DNA of 64,000 nt from Squalus acanthias. Its lineage: Eukaryota. The notes below the pieces were generated by a model. It saw nothing but the letters and a program-made list of their open reading frames with translations, was not told where the DNA came from and searched no databases. Below, piece after piece: positions 35,457-48,230 of the stretch. The position numbers and the translations under genes were made by a program. Position 1 is the first letter of the stretch. Every line of letters starts with the position of its first letter. The stretch is from assembly GCA_030390025.1 (NCBI GenBank), contig CM059431.1, forward strand, positions 108,998,001 to 109,062,000, read 5' to 3'.

Positions 35457-35896
35457 TGTTGCCGTAGCTCAGTGGTAGCACTCTCGCCTCTGAGTCAGAA
35501 GGTTGTGGCAATAAAGTCCCACTCCAGAGACTAGAGCCCATAATCTAGGCTAACAATCCCAGTGCTGCACTGTTGGAGGTGTCACATTTCTGATGAGACG
35601 CTAAACCGAGGCCCTGCCTGCCCTCTCATGTGGATGTACATGATCCCAAGAAGAACTGGGAGTTATCCCCGGTGTCTTGGCCAATATTTATCCCTCCATC
35701 AACATCACTAAAACAAATCATCTGGTCATTATCACATTGCTGTATGTGGGACCTTGCTGTATGCAAATTGGCTGCCGCGTTTCCTACATTACAGCAGTGA
35801 GTAAACGTCAAAAAAAGTACTTCATTGGCTGTAAAGAGCTTTGAGAGTCCTGAGGTCGTGAAAGGCACTATAGAAATGCGAACTCTTTCTTTTATT
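35457..35896 (+). mobile_element. Deu-domain SINE
   Basis: Head-to-tail family match with small internal deletions. Confidence 0.87.
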
Positions 35897-38366
35897 TGCG
35901 AGCAGACCACCTTACAATGTTGAGATTTTGAAATCCTAATATCGTTTAATGCACAGATAGAAGGCTTGTTTGTGGCGCTTAGTGCTTTGTAAACTTCAAA
36001 AGGCCTAAAAATCAATCTAGTTGGTTTAGTTTCTTCAAAGAAGCAATGTCTTTTTGCCTGTGAAGCAAAAACACCTGAACAGCTGTAGGCTATTACAGCT
36101 ATGATGGCATCATGTACAATCGCTACAGTGACATTTTTGCAATGCACTGACTCATTCTGATACAAATTATTCCAGCATGCCCGAGTGTTTGAGAAACAAA
36201 CAACAAAAAAGGCTTGCCACACAGTTTCTTGATAAAGAATGTGCGACATTAATGCTGAACATTTCTTTTGAGGCCTGACTAGAATACCCTGGTTTATCTT
36301 TCACACATCCTCGTCAAAATAACCTCGATATAGTAAATCAGACACCAAAGGCAAAATATACATCAAATTTGCTCATGCAACAGTGAAACAAGTGGCTTTC
36401 TTTACACCAGAAGTGACCAGAAGTTGTCGTCTTTTAAACGAAACAGGGCTGAGGAATTCCAGCGTAGCAGACACTCTGAGGTAGAAATTGGTGTGGGTTT
36501 CGCCCGTTTTTCGGGTGTAAAACAGGTGCAAAGCAGACCAATTTAGCATGACGGCCTGTGCGTAATCTGAACAGGCGTTCGACCCACTGTTAAAATCGTG
36601 GGGACCATTTACTTGGCGTCATGGGTGGCACATAAGACAGGACCAATGGTCTGACCAAACATACCCTGTGAAAGATCTCAACCGCCACCCTCAATATTTT
36701 GACAAACCTCCCCCCCCCACCATTATGTACAAGCTCAGTCCTTTTATAAACACAGCCTGTATACAAAACCAAACCTTGAAATAAAGTGACAAATGGCATC
36801 TAAGCCTCCAACACATGCAAAGTCCTTGAAAAGGATTGTATTGTTTGTAAAGAAAAATGTCACCAAGCAAGACAAATAAAGCTGCAAGCCATTGCCAAAG
36901 ACTATACAGATGCCACAGCTCAACTAAACAGCCTTGACAGGCCTGCGAATAAAAAAGAAAGGATTTTCCCCTGCGTAGCTCCAACAATGCTCGTTTAGTT
37001 AAAGTACGGAGTGTAGTACTTACAAGGTTTCCCCAGGCATAAATGCCATCCCATTAAGAAAATGGCATTGCTAACAGTAAATAGTGGCCCCTGAGGGAAA
37101 AGTGCGTATTGATTTTATTACTGTGTTGGTTGGTGTGTATTTGCAATTGTCAACTCTAATTTGAAATTGCACATTAAATGTCCCTGTACCAGCCCACTCA
37201 TTGGATGCCATGCTTTGTCTTGGCAAATTAAACTTTCAAGGTGCCTAAGTAAAAAAAGATAAACTGAGCTGTACCAATCAGTTTTGTTCAGACATTTATC
37301 ATTGATATATTAAAGAAAGTAAGTGTTTCTTTTTCCTACAGTAGGAATAGTGACCTGGTGGGAAGACATTTTTATTACAAATACTAATGATATGTCTGCA
37401 GTATTATGGAAGGACGCCAAGCAATTCCTTGTTGCATGTGGCTTTAATTTTGTTTTCAATAAATTGAAAAAGAAAATGAGGATCAGTTTAATCACCTCTG
37501 TCTTGCAGATTCAATGAAGTGGTGTTCCTTTTATATGATACACCTACACGGCAATGTGAACAGATTAATAACGTTTTGTGCTACACAGTGCACCCTTTTC
37601 AATACACTGCAAGTGTATCGTTGGCCTGGAGTACTTTTCCTGTTTATTAAGACCCCCAGTCAAGTGAGGTGAAACTCGATTGGACGCCTGTTTCATTTCC
37701 ACTTTTAAGTAGGCAGGAAAATATATTTTTAAAGGACAATGGGCTGGATCATAGGAACTCTACGTAGAACTTGAATTTGTGTACAAGACGATTTTTGTGA
37801 CTGAATCAATCAAAAGTGATACGACAAGGATAATCCTGGGATCGGACTAGTATCTGGCTTTGGGATGTTTGGTCACTTTTTGGCTTCTGATGGATTGAAG
37901 CTCTGGGGTGCGGTTGATTAACGGGACCCGTAACCTCTTGTTCTGTGATCTGGCTGGCAAAAGGAACATGATGACATTGCAGTCCTCCAACTCTGCATTC
38001 ACATGCGATTTTAACCCTACCCGCCCGGCAGAAACCACCCTGTGCAGTATTATCGTATGAATGCATGATTCTTCAGTCCACCAGTTTAACAGAGGTGTTC
38101 ATTTATTTTGGATTAACACCTCTTGTTAAAATAGTTAACAAAGGAGTTTGAAGGGAATGCATTCCAAGTTTGTGCAATAATGTTGCACAGTCTAATTTCC
38201 AGCCTAATATTCCTAGCTGAGTAGAAATTCAACAGGCTCCATGGAGTTATATTACTCGTTAGTGTTTGTCCCAGGACAAATACAGAATGTATGCAACTTT
38301 AGAGAAATGTAAATCCATCTCTGACTATGGGCTTCACGCAGGTAACGTGAACAGGTTACTTGCCCA

Positions 38367-39083
38367 CTTGGAGTACAAGAGTAAGGAAGTCTTTGGTGAG
38401 ACCACACCTGGGGTACTGTGCACAGTTTTCGTCTCCTTATCTAAGGAAGGATATACTTGCCTTAGAGGCAGTGCGGGGTCCCATGATAGAAGGCAAAGCT
38501 ATCTGTAATCTCACATTCACTGTTAGAAGACTCAGATACTTAATCATTGTGGCAGTGCAAAGCAAAAAGAATGTTTGAAGTAAACTGGGTACATTTTGTG
38601 CGGCTTCACTAGATTGATTCCTGGGATGAGAGGGTTGTCCTATGATGAGAGATTGAGTAGATTGGACCTATACTCTCTGGAGTTGAGAAGAATGAGAGAT
38701 GATCTCATTGAAACATATAAGATTCTGAGGGAGATTGACAGGGTAGATGCTGAGAGGTTGTTTCCCCCTGGCTGGAGAGTCTAGAACTAGGGGGCATAGT
38801 CTCAGGATAAGGGGTCGGCCATTTAAGACTGACATGAGGAGGAATTTCTTCACTCAGAGGGTTGTGAATCTTTGGAATTCTCTACCCAAAAGGGCTGTGG
38901 ATGCTGAGTCTTTGAGTATATTCAAGGCTGAGATAGATTAATTTTTGGACTCTAGAGAAATCAAGGGATATGGGGATAGTGCAGGAAGGTGGAGTTGAGG
39001 TCGAAGATCAGCCATGATCTTGTTGAATGGCGGAGCAGGCTCGAGAGGCCGTACGGTCTACTCCTGCTCCTAATTCTTATGTT
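38367..39083 (+). mobile_element. CR1 3' fragment with a ~125-bp foreign insert (38477-38597)
   Basis: LVRPHLGYCAQFSSPYLRKDILALEAV | FTRLIPGMRGLSYDERL...FFTQRVVNLWNSL. Confidence 0.9.
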
Positions 39084-39399
39084 ATTTTTTAATCCAAAAA
39101 TAGATGAATACTTCTGTCAAACCAGTGTACTGAAGAATTATGCATTCATACAATAATACTGCACAGGGTGGATTCTAGGGTTTTGGAATTACCTTTAATA
39201 AAATCAACAGGCTGGCTGAGGTAAGTTTTTTTTAAAGAAAAAACAAGCTTTGGTCTTGCTTCTTATAATCTGATTAATATGCTAACAAATACCACATTTA
39301 CATTGTGACTTGGCATGGTTCCATTTCATTTCCATAAGTTTTAATGCAAAGTCTGCACTGTTTACACTGCTGTAGACCAGATGGACCTTTGAAATCCAA

Positions 39400-39555
39400 T
39401 TGTACATGGGAATTGGATATATATTTTAAAAGAAAAATTTGTAGGGCTATGGGGAAAGAGCAGGGGACTAATTGGATAACTCTTTCAAAGAGCAGACACA
39501 GGCACAGGCACGATGGATCACATGGCCTCCCTCTGCGCTGCGTGATTCTATGATG
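39400..39555 (+). mobile_element. CR1 3' tail
   Basis: gaattggatatata...gtagggctatggggaaagagcagggg...gtgattctatgat. Confidence 0.7.
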
Positions 39556-39877
39556 TGTGTGGGTGAAGTACGCCAGCCTTAGCAGCAATCCTTCAAATCA
39601 CTCTTTGCACCCTGATTCAGTTGTTCAACCTGCACCGAGACCCACCCAGGTAGGCATTCTATGGCACTGGAGTACAAAGCAGCAATGCACTGGCTCCTGT
39701 ATCACATTTGGAGCGGCCGCAGCAGAGAAAGGGAATCAGCAGGATTGCAAAATGTGATTTTATTCGTACATCTGTGCTGTATGATTCTAAGAAATTCAGC
39801 AGTATTTAAAAAAAATCTGTAAATAAAACTACAGAGGGAGGGAAGGGGAAGGGGACGGACGGAAGGACAGACGGAAG

Positions 39878-39987
39878 ACCGGACTTGTATTTCTATAGCG
39901 CCTTTCACGGCATCAGGAGTTCCAAAGTGCTTTACAGCCAATGAAGTACTTTTGAAGTGTAGTCACTGTTGTAATATTGGGAAATGT
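39878..39987 (-). mobile_element. Deu-SINE 3' tail with a (GGAC)n end
   Basis: ctttacagccaatgaagtacttttgaagtgtagtcactgttgtaat. Confidence 0.8.
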
Positions 39988-40909
39988 AGATACTGTAAAC
40001 CTTGGATGAAAAATAAAACCCAAACCCTGTTCCCCTTTAAGAGCTCCATTGCACATGGAGCTTCTCTTACAGATTTTCATAACGGGCTTTGAAGGCAACA
40101 AGTGCAATCCCAGAGCTGAAGGAAGGCAAGTGAATCGTGTATTCATTTAAATATCTTCGCAAGCAGTCTGCGACCTTGAAGTGGCGATGGCGTGGAATAT
40201 GTGAAAACGTTCCACCATGCAAAATGCAACTGGACAGAGAAATAGCAGGTGGTTTGCAGTGGGCACAAAAACACATCTATGGTCTGCATTCCCAATTTTG
40301 CAATCCTCTTACACCTAGTCTGTATTTTCATAATCGGTGCAAATGGATTGATAATCTGCTCTTGCGTGTGATAACTCGTGCACCTTCCATATAGTTCTTG
40401 CTCCATTTGCAAGATATTTCCAGTGCAAAGCTTCAGGAGTTGCCAGTGCAGAGTATCTATATTTACATTTTGGAAGACTGCAGTATGAAAGAGAGCATGA
40501 GAAATGAATCACAATCCTGCTGAGGTAAGTATGGCATAAAATTATTTTAATATGCGCTAATCCTGTTATTTTCTCCTAATCCAATGTTGACTTTCCCTTG
40601 CAGTGGTTATGACACAATCCTTCACTATGAATGTCATCAGAGTATGCTGGTCATTTGGCATCAGTCACAACATCTAGTGCCAGGAAAGAATTGCACCAAA
40701 GCGGAATAAAACCATCTGTAACAATTTTGCTGTGTGCACTTCGGTTATTTGTGTGTAAAGTGTGTACTGGTGATGTTTCTAGGCTATTGTTTTATTTCTG
40801 GGTTTAGATGGCAGTTTAAAGCGACTCAGGCTTCACTCTTTGAGATTATGCTATTATCTGAACTCATTAATCTGCTCTGTAATAATTCCAAACATTCATT
40901 ACTCCCTAT

Positions 40910-41172
40910 TTAATCACACCAGAAGTCAAGAATTCATTCTATATCACTGCCAAGTTTTCTGTTGTCACTCCCTGATATCTGCCATTCCTCTGTAAGCACG
41001 CCGAGATATCCAATATTCACAATGTAGTCAATCCTAGATATCCACATTCCCTTATTATCACACCTGGACATTCATTTTTCCGATATAGTCAGTCCAATGC
41101 TCCCTCGGTATTCACTCCTAGGTATCCAATATTGCTTATTAGGTCACTCCTAAGCATCCATCATTCTCTCTG
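40910..41172. repeat. Degenerate minisatellite, ~31-bp period
   Basis: Recurring tcactcctagatatccaatatt-like units. Confidence 0.6.
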
Positions 41173-41361
41173 CAAAGAACATTTAGAATTTCACAGTATC
41201 AACCAGAAATTATTTCCCTGATAAACTTCTCGAATAAAGCCAGAAAAACTTGGGTGTGAGCACAGTCACAGCTCAATGACGATGCACTGGAAATCGAAGG
41301 ACATCAAGACAGAAACAGGCCCCAAATTGAAGAAAAACATTAACGAGTGTAAATATAACGA

Positions 41362-43253
41362 CCTGGAGTTTCCGCTCAATTGTGCTGGTTTTGTCACCGC
41401 AGTTCCCTCGATATCGGTGTAACTGGCGCAAAAGATCGCGGCACTTTAAGCGCAAATTGCGTTCAGCGCAACTCGAGTTTCTGCGATCGTTTGCGTTAGT
41501 TTTAAAAACAATCGTGCTAGAAGCAGGCCCCACCTACAAAACTTGCCACACCCCCAGGGTGAATTAATCACCATAGAAACATAGAAACATAGAACAGTAC
41601 AGCACAGTACAGGCCCTTCGGCCCTCGATGTTGTGCCGAGCATTGTCCGAAACCAAGATCAAGCTATCCCACTCCCTATCATTCTGGTGTGCTCCATGTG
41701 CTTATCCAATAACCGCTTGAAAGTTCCTAAAGTGTCCGACTCCACTATCACAGCAGGCAGTCCATTCCACACCCCAACCACTCTCTGAGTAAAGAATCTA
41801 CCTCGGACATCACTTCTATATCTCCCCCCATGCACCTTATAGTTATGCCCCCTTGTAACAGCTACCTCCACCCGAGGAAATAGTCTCTGAACATCCACTC
41901 TATCTATCCCCCTCATCATCTTATAAACCTCTATTAAGTCGCCTCTCATCCTCCTCCGCTCCAAAGAGAAAAGCCCTAACTCCCTCAATCTTTCCTCATA
42001 AGACCTCCGCCCCAAACCAGGCAGCATCCTGGTAAATCTCCTTTGCACTCTTTCCAATGCTTCCACGTCCTTCCTATAGTGAGGTGACCAGAACTGCACA
42101 CAATATTCCAAATGTGGTCTCACCAAGGTCCTGTACAGTTGTAGCATAACCTCACGGTTCTTAAACTCAAACCCCTTGTTAATAAACGCTAACACACTAT
42201 AGGCCTTCTTTACTGCTCTATCCACTTGAGTGGCAACCTTCAGAGATCTGTGGATATGAACCCCCAGATCCCTCTGTTCCTCCATGTTCCTCAGAACCCT
42301 GCCGTTGACCCTGTAATCCTTATTCAAATTTGCCCTACCAAAATGAATCACCTCGCACTTATCAGGGTTAAATTCCATCTGCCATTTTTCGGCCCAGCTC
42401 TGCATCCTATCAATGTCTCTTTGCAGCCTACAACAGCCCTCCACCTCATCCACTACTCCACCAATCTTGGTGTCATCAGCAAATTTACTGATCCACCCTT
42501 CAGTCCCCTCCTCCAAGTCATTGATAAAAATCACAAACAGCAGAGGACCCAGCACCGACCCCTGTGGCACACCGCTGGTAACTGGTCTCCAGTCTGAAAA
42601 TTTTCCATCCACCACCACCCTCTGCCTTGTATGAGATAGCCAGTTACTTATCCAATCGGCCAAATTTCCCTCTATCCCACAACTCCATACTTTCTTCATG
42701 AGCTGACCATGGCAAGTTTCTGCTAATTGCGCTCGTTTGCGGGCCTTCGAGGAGGCTCCAAAAATTAAGCTGGATCTTTGGGCGCAAGGACAGTAACAGG
42801 TACGTTTTGCAAGGTTTTGTATCATTTTTTTATAAATTTACTAAGGAACTGACTACTGCACACCAATGTAACTAGAAAATAATTTTGCATATTTTGTAAA
42901 AGTGTCATTTTCAGTCATTTAAAAATCAGGTTACTCACAGGAGGTGGCTTGACACTAATTAAAAATGCTTATATTTTGTGATAAACCCATTTTTCAGCTG
43001 TATTAATCAAACTGCACCAAGTTACCACCCTTAAATATATCAAGCAATATTTTTTAAAGCAACATTTTTTTTTGAAAACAATTAATATTTTGAAACGCTG
43101 CCCGATTGTGCTGGTTCATGGCAGAATTTGCATTTGGTGTTATGTAAATGAGTTTGAGCGGTAACTCGGGGAAAAAAAACTTTTCAAAACGGGTCCAATT
43201 TTGGGCGCAATTTGCACCCGGATCGCCGATTGCTCCCAAAGCGGAAACTCTAC
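41362..43253. mobile_element. TIR element (5296 family) split by a young CR1 insertion
   Basis: TIR gagtttccgct / agcggaaactc; gaattaatcaccat | ...ccatggcaagtttctgctaattgcgc rejoins as in the 5296 copy. Confidence 0.82.
41572..42711 (-). mobile_element. Young 5'-truncated CR1 LINE with an uninterrupted C-terminal ~350 aa of ORF2 (reverse transcriptase)
   Basis: ORF 41659-42825: GVPQGSVLGPLLFVIFINDL...KFADDTKIGG...LVRPHLEYCVQFWSPHY...FFTQRVV; (tttctatg)n tail. The first ~38 aa of the track ORF come from flanking DNA. Confidence 0.96.
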
Positions 43254-43593
43254 CACGATAATTTTTTTTATATGAAGAGCTGCTTAGGAGCCAGTAATCT
43301 AATCTCAGGGTCTAGAACTCAGCTATGACTGAGAAACCACTCCTTATAATTATACATGGGCATCCTTTATCATTCACTTCCACAAGATATCTTATTTCAG
43401 ACATCGACAGCAACACGCAAGACTTACTACATGACTTAGGAACGAAACCCTGCACAATTGCAAAGGTAAATACAATCAAATAAGAGTTCTCATGTGAAAT
43501 TACATAGAATTTACAGCACAGAAACAGGCCATTCGGCCCAACTGGTCCATGGCATTGTTTATGCTCCACAAAAGCCTCCTCCCACAATACTTC

Positions 43594-44156
43594 ATAAGAA
43601 CATAAGAAATAGGAGCAGGAGTAGGCCATTCGGCCTCTCGAGCCTGCTCCACCATTCAATAAGATCATGGCTGATCTGATCTTGGCCTCAACTACACTTT
43701 CCTGCCCGATCCCCATAACCCTTGACTCCCCTGTTTTTCAAAAATCTGTCTATCTCCGCCTTGAATATATTCAATGACTCAGCCTCCATAGCTCTCTGGG
43801 GTAGAGAATTCCAAAGATTCACAACCCTCTGAGAGAAGAAATTCCTCCTCATTTCCGTTTTAAATGGGTGACTCCTTATTCTGAAACTATGCCCCCTAGT
43901 TCTGGATTTCCCTACGAGGGGAAACATCCTCTCAGCATCTACCCTGTCAATCCCCCTCGGAATCTTATACGTTTCAATAAGATCACCTCTCATTCTTATG
44001 AACTCCAGTGAGTATAGGCCCAACCTGCTCAACCTTTCCTCATAATACAACCCCTTCAACTCAGGAATCCACCTAGTCAACCTTCTCTAAACTGCCTCCA
44101 ATGCAAGTATATCCTTCCTTAAATAAGGAGACCAAAACTGTACGCAGTACTCCAGT
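43594..44156 (-). mobile_element. CR1 3' fragment nested in an older CR1 tail (43500-43593 and 44157-44230)
   Basis: YEERLSRLGLYSLEF...FFSQRVVNLWNSL; tacttcat flanks both sides. Confidence 0.92.
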
Positions 44157-45399
44157 ACTTCATCTCACCCTCACCTTCTATTCCTTTCTCCCTCATGCAT
44201 GCATTTAGTTTACTCTTAAATGCATCCCCTTAAATTTAACAGAGTGCAGCCAGACAAATTCAACCCCCTTCCAATTTCCACCCCTCCTTCGCCTTCACAT
44301 GGTCCATCTCCGACTTTACCCTTCCCTTCCTCGACTTCTCTATCTCCATTTCTGGTGATAGGCTGTCAACCAATGTCTACTAAAAGCTCACTGACTCTCA
44401 CGGCTACCTTAATTACACTACCTCACACCCCGCGCCCTGTAAGGACTCAATTCCATGCTCCCAGTTTCTCCGTCTCCATCGCATCTGTTCTGATGATGCC
44501 AACTAACACACCAGTGCTTCCGACATGACTTCCTTTTCCCTCAACTGAGGAATCCCCCCATCATGGTTGACAGGGCCCTCGACCGTGCCCGTCCCATTTC
44601 CTGCACTTCTGCTCTCACCCCTTCCCTTCCAGAACCACGATAGGGTTCCCCTTGTCCTCACTTTCTACCCCACCAGCTTCCACATTCAACAGAACATCCT
44701 CCACCATTTCCGCCACCTCCAGCGTGATCCCACCACCAAACAAATCTTACTCTCCCCTTTCAGCATTCCGAAGGGACAGTTCCCTCCGCGACACCCTGGT
44801 CCACTCTTCCATCACCCCCAACACCCCCTCCCCTTCCCACGGCACCTTCCCTTGCAAGCGTAGGAGATGCAACACTTGCCCTTTTACCTCTACCTTCCCA
44901 CTGTCCAGGGCCCCAAACACTCCCTCCAGGTGAAACAACGATTTAGTATATTGTATTCACTGCTCATGATGCGGTCTCCTCTACAGTGGGGAGACCCAAC
45001 ACAGATCGGGTGATCGCTTTGCTGAACATCTCCATTTAGTCCGCAAGTGTGACTCTGAGCTTCTGGTCGCCTGCCATTTTAATTCTCCGTCCCACTCCAA
45101 CTCTGACGTCGGCCTCTTACACTGTTCTAATGAAGCTCAACAAAAACTCGAGGAACAGCACCTCATCTTTCCATTCGGCACTTTACAGCCTTCCGGACTC
45201 AACATCAAGTTCAGCAATTTCAGATCATGACCACTGCTCCCATTTTTTGGGGGAAAGCAGGTGCTGGTAGTGATTCTGCTGTTCATTAAATCTCTCCTGC
45301 CTTCCACCCCATCACAGACCTTCAATTTTGTTCTTTCCTCCCCCCCCTTTCCCTGTCTCTGTACTTGTTAAATACTGTGACCTCTCAAACATATTTTCC

Positions 45400-45433
45400 A
45401 GTTCTGACGAAAGGTCACAAGACCTGAAACGTT
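45400..45433 (+). ncRNA. Minimal hammerhead motif split by a MITE insertion
   Basis: agtt-CTGACGA-a-aggtc(acaa)gacct-GAAA-cg-TT; the 3' strand of stem I (gact) is displaced to after 46048. Confidence 0.7.
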
Positions 45434-46045
45434 GGGCTGGATTTTCATTGACCCGTGGAGGTGGGTTTGGAGGCATGTGGGGGGTTAAAATTGCAAAAAC
45501 TGGTGGGCAGGCACAAGCCCGCCTCCATGCAATTTTCATTAAATCGTGTCTGCTGGTCCCGACTCCGTCACGCCTTTAAGAGGCGGGATAGGCTGTTAAG
45601 GCCCTTAACAAGCACTAAATTGCCTCTATAATGCCATTTTGAAAGGCCTTTGTGATTTTAACTCTTGTTCTACGTTAAGCACGCCTGTTCTGAACCACGA
45701 TTGTGAAACCTGGCGGGAGCACATGATGTGGTGGTGGTGGTGGTGGTGGTATAGGTATATCTGGGAGCAGACTTAGGGCTGCTGCTGCTCATTTTGCATC
45801 CAGGTCCTCTCACAGCAAAGGCCAGGCAGTCTTTGAAGACCTTCAATGCAGCAGCAATGATGACATCATCAGAGGTGACTTTCAGACTGAAAACACTAAT
45901 TGGTTCATGGGTTCCCACATGCTGGAACTCAATTGCCCAATTAGGTGAAAATCGCATCAATCTCCCACATCCAATTGGAGTCGGGTGGATAAATCGAAAA
46001 GTGGATGACACGACCCCAACCCGCCCCAGTATCAAAATCCAGCCC
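45434..46045. mobile_element. PIF/Harbinger-like MITE
   Basis: Perfect 12-bp TIR gggctggatttt / aaaatccagccc and 3-bp TSD GTT (45431-45433, 46046-46048). Confidence 0.88.
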
Positions 46046-46659
46046 GTTGACTCTGTTTCTCTCTCTCCACGGATGCTGCCTGACCTGCTGAGTGTTTCCA
46101 GCATTTTTCTGTTTATATTTCAGATTTGCCGCACCCGCAGCATTTTGCCTTTTGTATCGACTAGAAACCCGTCTGATTTCTGATATGAGTTTTAATAGAT
46201 GTGTGGAATGGTAAATGGAGCTGGGTGCGCCACAGCCGTTAACTTTTACTTTTAGGCATGAGGAGATTTTTATGGGCTGCTGAAAGTACCCCAAGGAGAG
46301 GTTGTGAAAACAGAGTCAAATTTGAGAGAGTGAAAATGAATGCAAGCTTTTCTCTGCGTGTTGGCAATACTTAAGAGCCCTGAATGTGTGGCATGCAAGA
46401 CTTCTGTGAGAGCCTTTTGTCGCACCCTTGGGGGAATGATGCTAACCAGGGGGAGATGTTGCAGTGATTGTCTATCCCACTTTTCTGTAAGTTATTAAGC
46501 AGAAAGCTGCACTGAATTATAAACACAAACAAACAAAGGAAAATCTAATACTGTGTTACTATATTACTGGATTTTTCCAAATTACTCTATAGCATTTATT
46601 TTACATCATATTTATAATCGTGGGGGTTAAGAGTGTTGACAAGGGAAATGCTTGGGAAG

Positions 46660-47280
46660 GGGGTGCTTGGGTTTTATTACAAGAGGTATAGAATACAAAA
46701 GCCAAGAGGTAATGATGAGCCGATATGAAAAGTTAATAAGGCCTCAGTTAGAATACTGTGTGCAGTATTGGACTCCCCACTATAGGATGGACATTGAAGC
46801 TTAAAAGAGGGAAAAGCACCAATTCACTAAGATGCTGCCTGGTATGAGGAAATACAGATACAAAGAAGGAACTGACAAATTGGGCCTTTTTTTCGGTAAA
46901 CAACGCAGATTAAAAAGGGCAATGATAGAAGTGTTTACAATTATGAAAGGATGGACTGGGTAGATTGAAGCTACTGGTAACAGTCTGCTTCTAAGATCTC
47001 GATTGAGGGGCCATAGACACAAGATTAAATGTAAGGGATTTAGAACAGAGAACACAACAAATTCCTTTGCAGAGAGAGTCGTGAGGCGGCGAAATTCACT
47101 TCCAGGGTTAGTGGTTGAAGCAGAAACTACATCAACGTTCAACATTAGGTCGGCTGGTGGTTGAAGGAAAAGGTGTCAAAGGGATATGGAAACAGGGGGT
47201 AAATGTGATTCGGACTACTTGCTCACGCGGACATGGACTGGTTGGGCTGAATGGCCTATTGTAACATCTATGTATTTCTT
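46660..47280 (+). mobile_element. Old CR1 3' fragment
   Basis: gaggtatagaatacaaaagccaagaggtaatg...ggcctcagttagaatactgtgtgcagtattgg. Confidence 0.82.
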
Positions 47281-47514
47281 TATGTGTCTCGAGTCATTCT
47301 GGTGACTCAGTTCAAACATGTAAAACCTTTTTCCTTTGCATCTCTGCACATAGTAAATAATCTGTTATGTATGTTTTATGATGTGAAACCTCCTGTTTTC
47401 ATTGTACTCGATTCTTTGTTAAAAAAAAAACATCGATAGATTTACAAATACAACAGAAACAAAGGCTGGAGAAACAATAGATCGTCGCACTTATAATAAT
47501 CATTTAGACATTTG

Positions 47515-48230
47515 GGCCTGGAGTTTCTGTTCAGCTGCGTTGGCTTTTTCAGCGCAATTCACCTGAAATCGGCCAAACCAGCGTAAAAGATCGAGGAACT
47601 TCAAAAACAGATTACATCCAGCGCAAATTGAGTTTCTTAAGTTATTTAACTTTTGCGCTAGTTTAAAAAACATCACGCTAGAAGCTGGCCCCGCCCACAA
47701 AACTGGCCACGACCCCAGATCGAATTAATCGCCATTGCGAGTTTCCGCTAATTGGGCCCGATTGGGGGCCTTTGAGGAGGCTCTGAAATTAAGCTTTTTT
47801 TGTTTAGGCGCAAGGGCACTAGTTTTTGAATATATTTTTATTAATTTACTATGAAACAGACGACTGTACACCAATTAAATTAACAAATGGTTCTGTAGAT
47901 TTTTTAAGTAATTTTCAGTTATTTAAAATCGGGTTACTCACAGGTGGTGGACTAGACACTCTGATTAAAATGCTTATTTTTTTTGGTGATAAACCCATTT
48001 TCAGCTGTATTAATAAAACTGCACCAGGTTACCGCTCTTAAATGCATCAAGGAATATTTTTCAATGCAATTTTTTTTTTAAATTGCGTACTAAAAGGCTG
48101 CCCGATTGCGCTGGTTCACGGCAGGTTTCACGTTCGGTGATATGCAAATGAGTTTGAGCGGAAACTTGAGCAAAAAAGACACTTCTTAAAACTAGCGCAA
48201 TTTTGAGCACAATTTGCCCGATTGCACCCC
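47515..48230. mobile_element. TIR element of the 5296 family (right end truncated)
   Basis: Starts gggcctggagtttctg; internal blocks shared with the other two copies. Confidence 0.78.

Larger units (their letters stand above)
44268..46160 (+). mobile_element. Degenerate Penelope-like retroelement: RT C-terminus, Cys linker, GIY-YIG endonuclease and terminal repeat; interrupted by a MITE
   Basis: Own translation: SNFHPSFAFTWSISDFTLPFLDFSISISGDRLSTNVY*KLTDSHGYLNY...FLRLHRICSDD; GTFPCKRRRCNTCPF; CGLLYSGET...DRFAEHL; EEQHLIFPFGTLQPSGLN. Confidence 0.9.

Noticed and set aside
35626..36249. 207-aa - strand ORF
   Set aside because: Its C-terminal part is an antisense SINE; no protein family similarity.
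41659..42825. 388-aa ORF as a host or domesticated reverse transcriptase gene
   Set aside because: It is a 5'-truncated CR1 ORF2. The apparent N-terminus is read-through from the flanking DNA element, and its start is a chance ATG outside the LINE.
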